In this document: piece by piece, positions 1 to 12,770 of the stretch | How positions within the stretch are numbered: the first letter of the stretch is position 1 | Layout: every line of letters starts with the position of its first letter | NCBI RefSeq assembly: GCF_964213995.1 | Contig: NW_027590170.1 | Location: 124,001 to 188,000, forward strand | DNA from: Mustelus asterias | Lineage: Eukaryota | Length of the DNA stretch: 64,000 bases | Direction: 5' to 3' | Program-made: the position numbers and the translations under genes | Notes under the pieces: generated by a model | The model's database searches: none | Seen by the model: the letters and a program-made list of their open reading frames with translations, nothing else | What the model was told of the DNA's origin: nothing

Positions 1-189
1 TTACTGAATGGCAGAGCAGCCTCGATGGGTCTAGATGCCCCCTCCTGCTCCTAATTTTGATCATGTTTTTATTCTGTTATTCGAATGGCCGCACATTCCC
101 CCTGCAGCACCTTCCCCCGGGAAAGGCAGCATCCATGAACCCGGCCTGTCAGTCAATGACTCAAACATTGTCTCTCCTGGTCACCCAAA

Positions 190-560
190 TCCTGAAGCTC
201 CGCCCACTGATCGCGCATGCGCTCTGCTCCCCGCTGAACAAAAATGGCGGCTGCGGCACTGGGCCTGATCCCGGATAAAATCCCCTAAGCTGCAAACCCG
301 GGACCGGAAGGCTCTAATTCAGGCCTTGCGGCCTGCAGCAGATGTTTATGAAACCTCTGTTCCCTCCCCACCCCGGCTCCCGGTTCCATTCCTCCTTGCG
401 CCCCACCGATTCTTACCCGTTGAAAAAAGTGTCTCCCGCAGGGCTCCGAGCAAAGTGACACTGCGCCAGATACAGCGCTGCGCCTGCGCACTGGGCTCCT
501 GTGGATGAATAGGGCACTTTCACACCCGCAGCGAATGCTGGGTAATAACCGCCATTGAAA
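190..560 (-). promoter_or_regulatory. CpG-island promoter and non-coding first exon of a ZNF-type gene lying left of the window
   Basis: NRF1 palindrome GCGCATGCGC (213-222), YY1 motif AAAATGGCGGC (~242-252) and a minus-strand donor CGG|GTAAG at 416-415. It is an inverted paralog of 18990-19420. Confidence 0.6.
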
Positions 561-954
561 CCTCATACAGTTAATTCAAAATAACATTGTTAGCATTTGA
601 GGTAAATTAATGAAATATTGAGAATTGGTGATCTGCTGTGCTCCATTTCTCAAAGTTCTGCTGCAGGACCATGCAATAACTTCAAAGCTTTTACATCGTT
701 TCCCTCTCACTCCTCCCTTTATGGTGCTGATTCTGGCTGGGTTCAATCGCAGTCACTGGTTCTTCTCTCTGTCCCTGATACTGAATATTCACTCTTTTAG
801 AGAATGAAACAGCATAAATAGAAACCATTTGGCCCATTATGTCTCTGCTGGCTCTCTGGAAGATCTATCCAACTAATTCCACAGCCCAGCTGGTAGAGTC
901 AGAACAATGCGGGAGGGTCGTGGGGATTCCAATCAGACCGAATCATTTTATCAT

Positions 955-1132
955 AAAAGTGAAATACTGTGGATGCTGGAATCTGAAAAAAACCCAGAAA
1001 ATGCTGGAAAATCTCAGCGGGTCTGACAGCATCTGTGGAGAGAGAATAGAGCCAATATTTTGAGTCCAGATGTCTCTTCATAAGAGCTCTTACGAAGTGT
1101 CATTCAGACTCGAAACCTTGGCTCTATTCTCT
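955..1132. mobile_element. Palindromic Penelope-derived element with two opposed degenerate hammerhead motifs
   Basis: 1041-1132 is an imperfect inverted repeat (AGAGAATAGAGCCAA...TTGGCTCTATTCTCT) centred on TAAGAGCTCTTA. The arms resemble the Penelope 3' motif at 32185-32223. Confidence 0.6.
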
Positions 1133-2523
1133 AATTATTTTATTGATATGTTTCTTGTTCTTAGTTTCCAAATGGCAGGTAAGAGACCTGTCCAGTCCCC
1201 ACTTGAGCTCTGATTTTTCACTGAACATGCTTGGGGAGGATTATAACCATTAGAATCTACTCTCAGAGGTCTACTTTTCAGTCCAGTGCTACTTGGAGTA
1301 TACCGTCACTTCACCGACTATCGGGTCACAAGTCCCTCACAGTTCTTATCACAAATTTATGATAAAATAATTTAAACAATGCCTGAGAACGCTTCTTCAC
1401 TTCTTAATCGACTACCTACCATGGTTTGTTGATTGGTCAGACCCTCTTTTTACAAATTCGGGTATATCAGCTGCTGAACACCAGCCGGTGTTCTGGAATA
1501 AGTTTAGTTCTAACTCATTCTGAGAAAATATTTTCACCATGTCCTCTATCAGGGCCCTGCTAAGCAGTTTTAATGGTCCGTGATTGCAGAAACTGAGCAG
1601 TCACAGGAATGTGGTCAAGATAGTCCAGTCCCATAATACCTCACATTCAATCTGCAGTCCTTCAATTATAACAGAATATGTGGCTGTATGTAGCTGCCTC
1701 GGCCATGGTCAACCCCAACACTGCCTTCTTGAACTGCTTCAATGCCTGAGGTGTAAGTACACCCACAGTGCTGTTAGGGAGGGTTTTCCAGCTACACATT
1801 CCATACTTTCACCAGAATGAAGGTGGATACCAGATTGATATATTCTATTCAACCACACCCAAGGTGAGTTGTTCAAATTCCTTTATTGTCTAGGACAATA
1901 TATTCACAATATCTTTAAATCAGAAATTAAACATTCCCATTTGATTTCAGGTATTAACATATTCTGTTAGTTTGTTCCTTATTGTCAATGTCAGACTGGG
2001 GTTCTCCTTGGAGCAAAGGAGGTTGAGGGAGATTTGATAGAGGTGGACAAAATTCTGACAGGTTGAGATAAGGTGGACAAAGGAAAGCTGTTCCCATTAG
2101 CTGATGGGACAAGGACGAGGGAGACACAGATTTATGGTTTTGGGTCAGAGATGCAGGGGGGGATGTGAGGAAGAATATTTTGATGCAGTGAATGGTAATG
2201 TTCTGGAACTCGAGCGTGGAGGAAGTGGAGACAACAAACTATTGCAAAGGAAATTGGATTGGCATCTGGGGGAGTTTCAAATAGAAATGCTGACTGAACA
2301 TGTCTGAACTTCCTCACACTCTGTCACTCTGTGATCCGTGTGAATTCTGAAACCAGGTATTCGCAACAAGACTCAGCCACTGGAGGCAAAGTCATGAGAC
2401 CGGCCAGTCCAGCAGAAAGAAACCCTCCGACCCTCCCCATTGACCAACTGTGAGAATGAACTAAATGCAGTCCTGGATGTAATTGAGAGCAGAAACAATG
2501 ACAGCAGAATCCAACCCCTGGAA

Positions 2524-3639
<1,116 letters not shown>

Positions 3640-4629
3640 CTGTAAAAGGAGTTTACAAAAGTGATCAGTGTCATTACAGGATAGAAATTCAGAACAATTC
3701 TAGTTTCTATGGAACATTCTTTCCTCTCTCATTCCCCAAAAGCTGTGAATCTCCATCCCACACACTCTCCCTCCATTCTCACTCTGCTGTATCTAATATT
3801 CACCCTCCCAATTCTCCTGAAGGTGCTGATTGAGGCTGATTGACAGATCCATGCTCACTGCTTCCTGTCCTGGACACACACAGCTGGAAATCTCCATGCA
3901 GGATGCCGGCCTAACAGAAATATGGCTACATTCCTCGACTAAAAATGTTTTAAATGGATTGTTTCAGTTAGTGAAGATACAGGGGAGGTTGTGACTGATG
4001 ATGATATTGAACTTGCTGCCAACGTGGGTGATCATAGAGTTTTACAGCATGGAAAGAGGCCCTTCGGCCCATCGGGTTTGTGCCGGCTATCAAGGACCGT
4101 TCTATTCCAATCCCATTTTCCATTCTTTGTGCGTAACCTTGTATGCCATGGCATTTCAAAAGCTGAACTAAATTCTTCTTATATGTTGTGAAGGTTCCCA
4201 CCTCTACTATTCTTTCAGGCACTGAGTTCCAGATTCCCACCACCCTCTGGGTCAAAAGATTTCTCCTCACTTCTCCTATAAACCTCCTGCTCCTGAAATT
4301 AAATCCAAGTCCCTGGTTATTGACCCCTCGACTAAAGAGAAAAGTTCCTTCCTATGCCCCCTATCTGTGCCCCTCAGAATTTTATACACCTCAATCAGGT
4401 CCCCCTCACCCTTCTCTGCTCCAAGAAAAGCAATGCCAGCCTATCCAGCCTCTCCTCATAGCTGAAACACTCCAGCCCAGCCAACACCCTGGGGAATTTC
4501 CTCTGCACCTTCTCCAGTGCAATTACATCCTTCCTCTCGTGTGGCAACCAGAACTGCACACAGTACTCCAGCTGTGGCCTATCCAGTGTTTTATACAGCT
4601 CCATCATAACCTCCCTGCCCTTATATTCA

Positions 4630-4976
4630 ATGATGTGGAGATGCCGGCGTTGGACTGGGTGAACACAGTAAGAGTTTTAACAACAACAGGTTTATTTGGT
4701 AGCCAATGCCATTAGTTTCAGAGTGCTGCTCCTTCGTCAGATGGAGTGGATATCTGCTCTCAAACAGGGCCATGATGTGGAGATGCCGGCGTTGGACTGG
4801 GGTGAACACAGTAAGAAGTCTCACAACACCAGGTTAAAGTCCAACAGGTTTATTTGGTAGCAAATACCATAAACTTTTGGAACGCTGCTCCTTCGTCAGA
4901 TGGAGTGGAAACAGGGCATACAGAGGCACAAAATCAAGTTACAGAATACTGATTAGAATGTGAATCTCTACAGCCA
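4630..4976 (-). mobile_element. Penelope-type terminal-repeat element: tandem dimer with two hammerhead motifs
   Basis: Two copies of ATGATGTGGAGATGCCGGCGTTGGACTGGG... start at 4630 and 4772. CTGACGA..(G/A)AAA motifs lie at 4709-4744 and 4867-4903. TSD TATATTCA at 4622-4629 and 4977-4984. Confidence 0.75.
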
Positions 4977-5214
4977 TATATTCAATGCCTCGGTTAATAA
5001 AGGCAAGTATTCCATGTGCCTTCTGAACCACCTTATGTAACTGTCCTACTGTCTTCAGAGATCTATGGACATTCACACCAAGGTCCCTCTGATCCTCTGT
5101 ACTTCCTAGGATCTGACCATTCATTGTGCATTCCGTTACCTTGCTCGTCCTCCAAAAATTAACTAAACTTTTCAGGGTCGAATTCCACTTGCCACTATTC
5201 TGCCCATTTAACTA

Positions 5215-5515
5215 AAGTTTTAAGGTTTATTTACCAGTGTCACAAGTAGGCTTACATTAACACTGCAGTGAAGTTACTGTGAAAATCCCTGAGTCGCCAC
5301 ACTCCAGCGCCTGTTTGGGTACACTGAGGGAGAATTTAGCATGACCACTGCACCTAATCAACACGGCTTTTGGACTGTGGGAGGAAACCGGAGCACACGG
5401 AGGAAACCCACGCAGACTTGGGGAGAATGTGCAGACTCCACACAGAGGGTGACCCAAGCCGGGAATCAAACTCGGGTCCCGGGCACTGTGAGGCAGCAGT
5501 GCCTCCGTGCCACCC
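5215..5515 (-). mobile_element. HE1-like V-SINE (TGTGACA..AATAAA tail type)
   Basis: tRNA-like head plus V-domain GTGTGGAGT..GCACATTCTCCCC..GGGTTTCCTCCG.. Confidence 0.85.
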
Positions 5516-6089
5516 TGTCGATATCATCCTGTCATCTAAGGCTTTGCTCCTCGGTTTTTAGCACATCATCAATTTTTGTGTCATCTGCAAACTTACTTAT
5601 ACCTCCTATATTCACCTCCAGATAATTAACGTACACTACAAGTAACAAACAACCCAGCACCAATCCCTGCGGAACATCACTAAACACAGGCATCCTGTCA
5701 CAAACACAATTTTGAGTCCAGTTTGGCAAATTGCCCTGGATCCCATGGGCTTTTACCTTCTTCGTCAGCCTCCCATGTCAAAAGCCTTAATGAAGTCCAT
5801 GTTGACGACATCAACTGAACTCCCCTCATCTGCACACCGAGTCACCTCCTCAAAAATTCAACCAGGTTTGTAAGGCATGATCTCTCTTTGCCAAAACCAT
5901 GCTGCCCATCCTTGATTAATCCTTACCTCCCCAAGTGGAAATTAATTCTGTCCCCCAGAATTTTTTCCAATCGTTTCCCTATTGCTGAATTTAGACTCAC
6001 TGGCCAGTAATTTGTTGTTTTTTTCCCTACTTCTCTTCTTGACTAGTGGTACCATATCAGTTGTCCTCCAGTCCTCTGGCACCGCTCCT

Positions 6090-6709
6090 GTCCCGAGGCA
6101 GATACATTAGGGAGACCATGCAGACGCTACGACAACGAATGAATGAACACCGCTCGACAATCACCAGGCAGGAGTGTACCCTTAAGTTGAGAAACACTTC
6201 AGCAGTCACGGGCATTCAGCCTCTGATCTTCGGGTAAGCGTTCTCCAAGGCGGCCTTCATGACACATAACAACGCAGAATCGCTGAGCAGAAACTGATAG
6301 CCAAGTTCCACACACATGAGGATGACCTCAACCGGGATCTTGGGTTCATGTCACACTATCTGTAACCCCCACGACTTGCCTGGGCTTGCAAAATCTCACT
6401 AACTGTCCTGGCTGGAGACAATACACATCTCTTTAACCTGTGCTTGGCCCTCTCTCCACTCACATTGTCTGTACCTTTAAGACTTGATTACCTGTAAAGA
6501 CTCGCATTCCAACCATTATTTTGTAAATTGAGTTTGTGTCTTGATTAATATGCCCTGTTTGTGAACAGAACTCCCATTCACCTGATTAAGGGACAGCGCT
6601 CTGAAAGCTAGTGGCTTGTGCTACCAAATAAACCTATTGGACTTTAACCTGGTGTTCTGAGACTTCTTACTGTGTTTACCCCAGTCCAACGTCAGCATCT
6701 CCACATCAT
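6090..6709 (+). mobile_element. Penelope-like element, 3' fragment (GIY-YIG C-terminus plus terminal repeat)
   Basis: YIRETMQTLRQRMNEHR matches the GIY-YIG motif YIGET..L..R..EH. The terminal repeat has a degenerate hammerhead at ~6577-6614 and ends CATCTCCACATCAT. Confidence 0.8.
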
Positions 6710-7106
6710 AACTGAAGCATAACATCCTCTTTCCTATGTTCAATTTCCCTCGTAATAAAGGACAGCATTCCATTTGTAAAAACTTTGATTTATTTAAATG
6801 AAGATTTATAGGGTTCACTTGTTTACAATAACCTCCCTAATCGTAAATCACACCAGGTTCCAGTGACTTAACCAAATGGCAAGAAAGAACGCTTTAAATG
6901 GTGAATTCAGAAAGTTTATTAATGATTAAAAATTTAACAAGAGAGAAGGATGAAAAAAGCAAAGAATCTATTACCAGTAAAAGGAGAAAGCTTAACTTAA
7001 ACAATTGAACAAACTTCTCTCCATCCTTCTCAGACCAGGGCAAAAAGTGACCGCTCCAAAAACATGGATAACTTGTAAAATCAACAGCTTTCAACACCTC
7101 TCTGTC

Positions 7107-7362
7107 GGGCACAGTGGTTAGCACTGCTGCCTCACAGCGCCAGGGACCCGGCTTGGGTCACTGTCTGTGCAGAGTCTGCATATTCTCCCCCAGTCTGTGT
7201 GGGTTTTCTCCCACAGACCGAAGGACGTGCTGGTTAGGTACATTGAGCATGCTGAATTCTCCCTCAGTTTACCCTAACAGGCGCCAGAGTGTGGTGACTG
7301 GGGGATTTTCAGAGTAACTTCATTGCAGTGTGAATGTGTGACACGAATAAATAAACTTTAAA
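7107..7362 (+). mobile_element. HE1-like V-SINE (TGTGACA..AATAAA tail type)
   Basis: GGCACAGTGGTTAGCACTGCTGCCTCACAGCGCCAGGGACCCGG head and an internally deleted V-domain. Confidence 0.8.
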
Positions 7363-7683
7363 AAACCATGAACTTTTAAAAACTTCAACCAAATTGGTTT
7401 CTTGAATCCCCTTTTTTATACTTTCAAAATGTAGAAAGCCCAGCTCAGCCAATTGTTGGGAATTAGCCAATTGGTCGATAACTTGTCAATAATGAAACTG
7501 GTTTAGTTTTTAGCGAGTTACACACATTGTCTGAATTTTAAGACAATTCTTTCTCTCAAACGATATCTCTTAGCTTGGGGTAGCCTGAGTGTTGACCAAT
7601 AATTGGTTGACATCAGTCATTCAATGTTGAGACATCTTGAACAGGAACTGATTCATTCCCTCCAGTCAAGGTTAACAAAGTAT

Positions 7684-7983
7684 TAAAGTTTATTTATTAG
7701 TGTCACCAGTAGGCTTACGTTAACACTGCAATGAAGTTACTGTGAAAATCCCTTAGTTGCCGCACTCTGGCGTCTGATCGGTTACACTGATTGAGAATTT
7801 AACACGGCTAATGTACCTAACCAGCACGTCTTTCGGACTGTGGGAGGAAACTGGAGCACCCGGAGGAAACCCACGCAGACACGGGGGAGAACGTGCAGAC
7901 TCCTCATAGTCACCCAAGCCGGGAATCGAGTCCAGGTCACTGGCACTGTGAGGCAGCAGTGCTAACCACTGTGGCACCGCGCC
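7684..7983 (-). mobile_element. HE1-like V-SINE (TGTGACA..AATAAA tail type)
   Basis: Head and V-domain on the minus strand. Confidence 0.85.
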
Positions 7984-9683
7984 ACGCTAACAAGTCTTGT
8001 TATCTGTTTTTTTCTATTCTGTTGCTGCCAGAAGGTAACATTTTATAATTCCCACAGAATTTTAAACATTCTTTATATCTTTATAATTCTAAACGTTATA
8101 AACTTTTGTGTTCAAATTTACATTTCGAGCCTAACAACTGTATTAATGAATCATTTATTCTTCAATTGTCACACAATTCAGGCTGTCCATTTAACTAATC
8201 TCCTGCTTTACAATTGTGGGAACTTCATTCCACAAATAAGGTAGTCAAATGTGTTGTTAAAAGCAGGATGTTCTTTATATAAATAAATAACAACGTTTAA
8301 AAATCATTGGCAAACAAAAGGAAACAGGAGCATTGGAACCAGCCTGGACTTGCAGACTGAAACCCCGCCCAAAGCCCGCACGTGCTCAGAAGGGAGAGAG
8401 GTTGTGAAGAACACTCTGGAACACTTCTCCTCTCCTTAAATTTCAATCCCCCATCAGGACAGAAATACAACAAAGTAATGTCTTTAACAATACGGAAGTC
8501 TGTCAGGAGCTTTGTGGTTGCATTGCAACCTGTACAATACCACTGGTAAATCTTGTAATGGTGTTTCTGGAATGGGAGGTGAAGAGGTAGTTTGAGAATC
8601 TGTACATGAACATTCCTCTTCCACTCCCACAGCAGAGTCAACTGGCAAAGCTGGAACCATTTCCTGGTGATCTGTGCTTCCAACCATTATCAATGCACAT
8701 TTACAACGACCCCTCAAAGGCCACATTGAGTCTGGACCACGGCCTATCAGGCCACTCCTAAGGATGAAGTGGGAATGTACCCAGTGTGTTGTGCCTGATT
8801 CAATCGACAAACAATTTATTGAGTTACGCCAGCGGGGAGAAGCCACAGGGGCTGACCATGTGCAACTCCACCCAACAAAGAATATCATCAATTCTTATCC
8901 AGTTACTCAGCGCATCAGAATGGCGATAGATTACAGACATTATAGGTTCAATAAAATTAGTATCTGGGCATTATGGGGCTTTGTGATCATCTCATGGACA
9001 GGTGCCCTCATCATGATGCTTTCCAGACCCCCCTTGGTGGGGTCTTTCTTGGGCTTTCTTTGTACATAGACTCCCTTAGTTAGAAATGGGGTGGATTAAA
9101 AGTTCTCAAATGGACGTCAGCACCCTTCCTTTGTTTTAATCTAATGACCACATGGTCTGGGAACATTTCTATTTAACACTCTCTCTTTTTAAACTCTTTT
9201 CTTCAGTATCCAATTCCAGAATTTTCCCTTTCTTTGTGTTACTTGCGTCAGGAATAAATCTTTGGACCTGACAGGAAGTTTAACCCAAGATCAATCCAAC
9301 ACAGGATTGGTCAGAATCATTTCACATGTGTCAAATTTTAAATAACCATTACAAATTAAAACTCTCATTCTCTCATGAGTGAGTTTTATCCGGATTAAAA
9401 TTCCCACATGTTTAGTAAAATATCCTGGAATCCTGTCTCTGGCCAGTAAATATGGCTCCAGGTTCACAACTTCAGAACAAAAAAAGTTTTATTGATCACA
9501 CTTCCTTTGTTAAAAATCTGTTTGATTTAAATCACAGACAGAAAACCTCAAAGCTTGAAGCATTCAACACACAAATATCATCCATACACAAACAGAGAAA
9601 CTTAGCATGTGCTTTACAATAACAGTAACCAAAATTAATTACTTAAGCATTCTTGTGATCCTGTTTGTAAACTTCCAAAAACT

Positions 9684-10145
9684 CAATGCCCCGGCCGATG
9701 AAGGCAAGCATGCCGTATGCCTTCTTGATTATCTTCTCCACCTCATTGCCACTTTCAATAACCTGTGCACCTGTACACCCAGATCCCTCTGCCTATGAAT
9801 ACTCTGAAGGGTTCTCCATTTACTGTATATTTCCCATCTGTATTAGACCTTCCAAAATGCATTACCTCACATTTGTCCAGATTAAACTTCATCTGCCATC
9901 TCTCCGCCCAAGTCTCCAACTGATCTATATCCTGCTGTATCCTTTGCCAGTCCCCATCGCTATCCGCAATTCCACCAACCTTTGTGTCATCCACAAACTT
10001 ACCAATCAAACCAGTTACATTTTCCTCCAAATCATTTATATATATTACAAACAGCAAAAGTCCCAGCACTGATCCCTGAGGAATGTCACTTGTCACAGCC
10101 CTCCATTCAGAAATGTACCTTTGCACTGCCAACCTCTGTTTTCTT
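9684..10145 (-). mobile_element. CR1 LINE RT fragment
   Basis: IPQGSVLG..YINDL..KFVDDTKVGG..WQMKFNLDKCEVMHFGR. Confidence 0.9.
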
Positions 10146-10383
10146 CTGACTAAATATCTCTAAACGTCCTAACACACTGTCACTCTGTGATCCTTGTGAC
10201 ATTTGAAATCAGGTATTCGCAAAAAGACACAAATAGCATCAGCCCACTGGAGGCTGAGACCAGCCAGTCCAGCACAAAGAAACCCTCTGACCCTTCCCAT
10301 TGACCAACTGTGAGAATGAACAAAATGCAGTCCTGGATGCAACTGACAGCAGAAACAATAACAGCAGAATCCAACCACTGTCA

Positions 10384-11394
10384 TCACTCGTGAACTTGTT
10401 GATGTCTCAGCAGCCGGGATGAAACGCTGAAACCCTTCCCACACACAGAGCAGGTGAATGGCCTCTCCCCAGTGTGAATGCGTTGGTGTCTCCGCAGGTC
10501 GGATGACCGAGTGAATCCCTTTCCACACTGAGAGCAGGTGAATGGTTTCTCTACAGTGTGAATTCGCTGGTGTGTCTGCAAGTTGGATAACTGAGTGAAT
10601 CCCTTCTCACACTGAGAGCAGGTGAACGGCCTCTCCCCAGTGTGAACTCGCTGGTGTGTCAGCAGGCTGGATAACTGAGGGAATCCCTTCCCACACTGAG
10701 AGCAGGTGAATGGCCACTCCCCAGTGTGAACTCGCTGGTGTGTCAGCAGGCTGGATAACTGAGTGAATCCCTTCCCACACTGGGAGCAGGTGAATGGCCT
10801 CTCCCCAGTGTGAACTCGCTGGTGTGCCCGCAGGTTGGATACCCGAGTGAATCCCTTCCCACACTGAGAGCAGGTGAATGGTCTCTCCCCAGTGTGAACT
10901 TGCTGGTGTGTCTGTAGGAGGGATAACCGAGGGAATCCCTTCCCACACTGAGAGCAGGTGAATGGTCTTTCCCCAGTGTGAACTTGCTGGTGTGTCTGCA
11001 GAAGGGATAACCGAGTGAATCCCTTCCCACACTGAGAGCAGGTGAATGACCTCTCTCCAGTGTGAACTCGCTGGTGTCTCTGCAGGTTGGATAACTGAGT
11101 GAACCCCTTCCCACAGTGAGAGCAGGTAAATGGTTTCTCCCCAGTATGAACTCGCTGGTGTCTCTGCAGGTCGGATAACTGAATGAATCCCTTCCCACAT
11201 TGAGAGCAGGTGAATGGTCTCTCCCCAGTGTGAACTCGCTGGTGTGACTGCAGGTCGGATAACTGAATGAATCCCTTCCCACATTGAGAGCAGGTGAATG
11301 GTCTCTCCCCGGTGTGGATGCGCCGATGAGCTTCCAGCTCTGATGGGGCTCTGTATCCCTTTCCACAGTCCACACATTTCCATGGTTTCTCCAT
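10384..11394 (-). CDS. Intact C2H2 zinc-finger protein ZNF-B: 12 tandem fingers, no effector domain
   Basis: Open frame from ATG 11394 (MEKPWKC) to the stop at 10384. Twelve C-x2-C-x12-H-x3-H units with TGE(R/K)P linkers. Terminal-exon acceptor TTTTACAG|GATATT at 11745. Confidence 0.9.
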   Translation of the reverse strand: MEKPWKCVDCGKGYRAPSELEAHRRIHTGERPFTCSQCGKGFIQLSDLQSHQRVHTGERPFTCSQCGKGFIQLSDLQRHQRVHTGEKPFTCSHCGKGFTQLSNLQRHQRVHTGERSFTCSQCGKGFTRLSLLQTHQQVHTGERPFTCSQCGKGFPRLSLLQTHQQVHTGERPFTCSQCGKGFTRVSNLRAHQRVHTGERPFTCSQCGKGFTQLSSLLTHQRVHTGEWPFTCSQCGKGFPQLSSLLTHQRVHTGERPFTCSQCEKGFTQLSNLQTHQRIHTVEKPFTCSQCGKGFTRSSDLRRHQRIHTGERPFTCSVCGKGFSVSSRLLRHQQVHE

Positions 11395-11883
11395 GGTGCA
11401 GGTGTCCTTGCCTCTCTCTTGGGTGGACAATTAGTTGAAACTTCGTCCACACACAGAACAAGATTACAGTCTCTACCCGCTGTGAATGGTGTGATATTTA
11501 TTCAGACTGTGTAACTGGTTAAAGCTCTTTAGTCAGTGCATTGGAACACTCTCACTCAAGTGTGGCAGTGTGTCGATGCTTTTTCACTCACACTGACATT
11601 TCAAATCTTTTCAAATCGACAGACTGGACAATCATTTCTCCTTCTGGATTCAAAGTCCGATGATATTGAGGTCCCAAGGAATAAGACTCTGTCAGATCTA
11701 GACGTGACGTTTGAGATTTCAGCCTGTGATTCCTTTTTCAATATCCTGTAAAATGAGTTTCCAAAAGTCATCAGTGTCAGTACAGGATAGAAATTCAGAA
11801 CAGACAATTTCTATGGAACATTCTTTCCTCTCTCATTCCCCAAAAGCTGTAAATCTCCATCCCACACACTCTCTCCCCATTCT

Positions 11884-12065
11884 CAGCAGGTCTGGCAGCA
11901 TCTGTATGGAGAGAAAAGAACTGATGTTTCAGAGCTTTGACAAAGGGTCATCTAGACAAGAAACATCAGCTCTTTTCTCTCCTTACAGATGCTGCTAGAA
12001 CTGCTGAGATTTTTCAGCATTTTCTCTCTTGGTTTCAGATTCCAGCATCCGCAGTAATTTGCTTT
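11884..12065. mobile_element. Palindromic Penelope-derived element
   Basis: Inverted arms GCAGCATCTGTA.GGAGAGAAAAGA..TCTTTTCTCTCC.TACAGATGCTGC. Same family as 955-1132. Confidence 0.6.
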
Positions 12066-12770
12066 TATAAGGCTGCAGATACCTCCTCCCAAGTAACATG
12101 CGTGTGCCCAAGACATCATCACTTGTTTCCCTTATTTCTTTAGCACCCATGGTGCTCTCCGCAGTAAACACAGAGGAGAAGTATTCATTAAAAATCTCAC
12201 CCATCTCCTGTGGCTCCACACACAGATGGCCATACTGATTTTTAAGGGGATCTATTCTCTCTCTGGCCACCCTTTTACTCTTAATATAGCTATAGAACAT
12301 CTTGGAATTTTCTTTAATCTTACCTGCCAGATCCATATCATACCCTCATTTTGTCCTCCAGATTTCCCTCTTCAGTATTTTCTTATACTTTTTATAGTCA
12401 GAGTGATTCATTTGTCCCCGATTCCTAAACCCAATGTATGCTTCCTTCTTTTACCTGACCAGAGCCTCAATGTCCCTTGTCTGCCAGAGATCCCTAAATT
12501 TACCATTCTTTCCCTGCATCTTAACAGGAATATACTGCCCCTGGACTCTTGATATCACACTTTTAAAACCTCCCATTTGCCAGTCATTCCTTTCCCTTCA
12601 AACAAATTCACCTAATCGACATCTGCTAGATCCTGCCTAATGCCCACAAAAGTGGCCCTGCTCCAGTTTAGGGCCTTGACCTGTGGACCTGTCCTATCTT
12701 TTTCAAGAACTATTTTGAAACTATTGGTGCTCCCAATACTGACACTTCAGTCACTTGCTCCACCTCATTT
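12066..12770 (-). mobile_element. CR1 LINE ORF2 fragment (endonuclease-RT linker)
   Basis: IKENSKMFYSYIKSKRVARERIDPLK..EMGEIFNEYFSSVFT. Confidence 0.85.

Larger units (their letters stand above)
4035..6050 (-). mobile_element. Degenerate CR1 LINE interrupted by a Penelope-type repeat and a SINE
   Basis: ORF fragments VPQG..KFADDTK, DQRDLGV and RPQLEYCVQFW. Confidence 0.85.

Noticed and set aside
10607-11461. Long repetitive ORFs (TPASSHWGE.., [15 protein letters not shown]..) overlapping the ZNF genes, also at 2745-3271 and 25026-25738
   Set aside because: They are the shifted reading frames of the 84-bp finger repeat, not separate genes.
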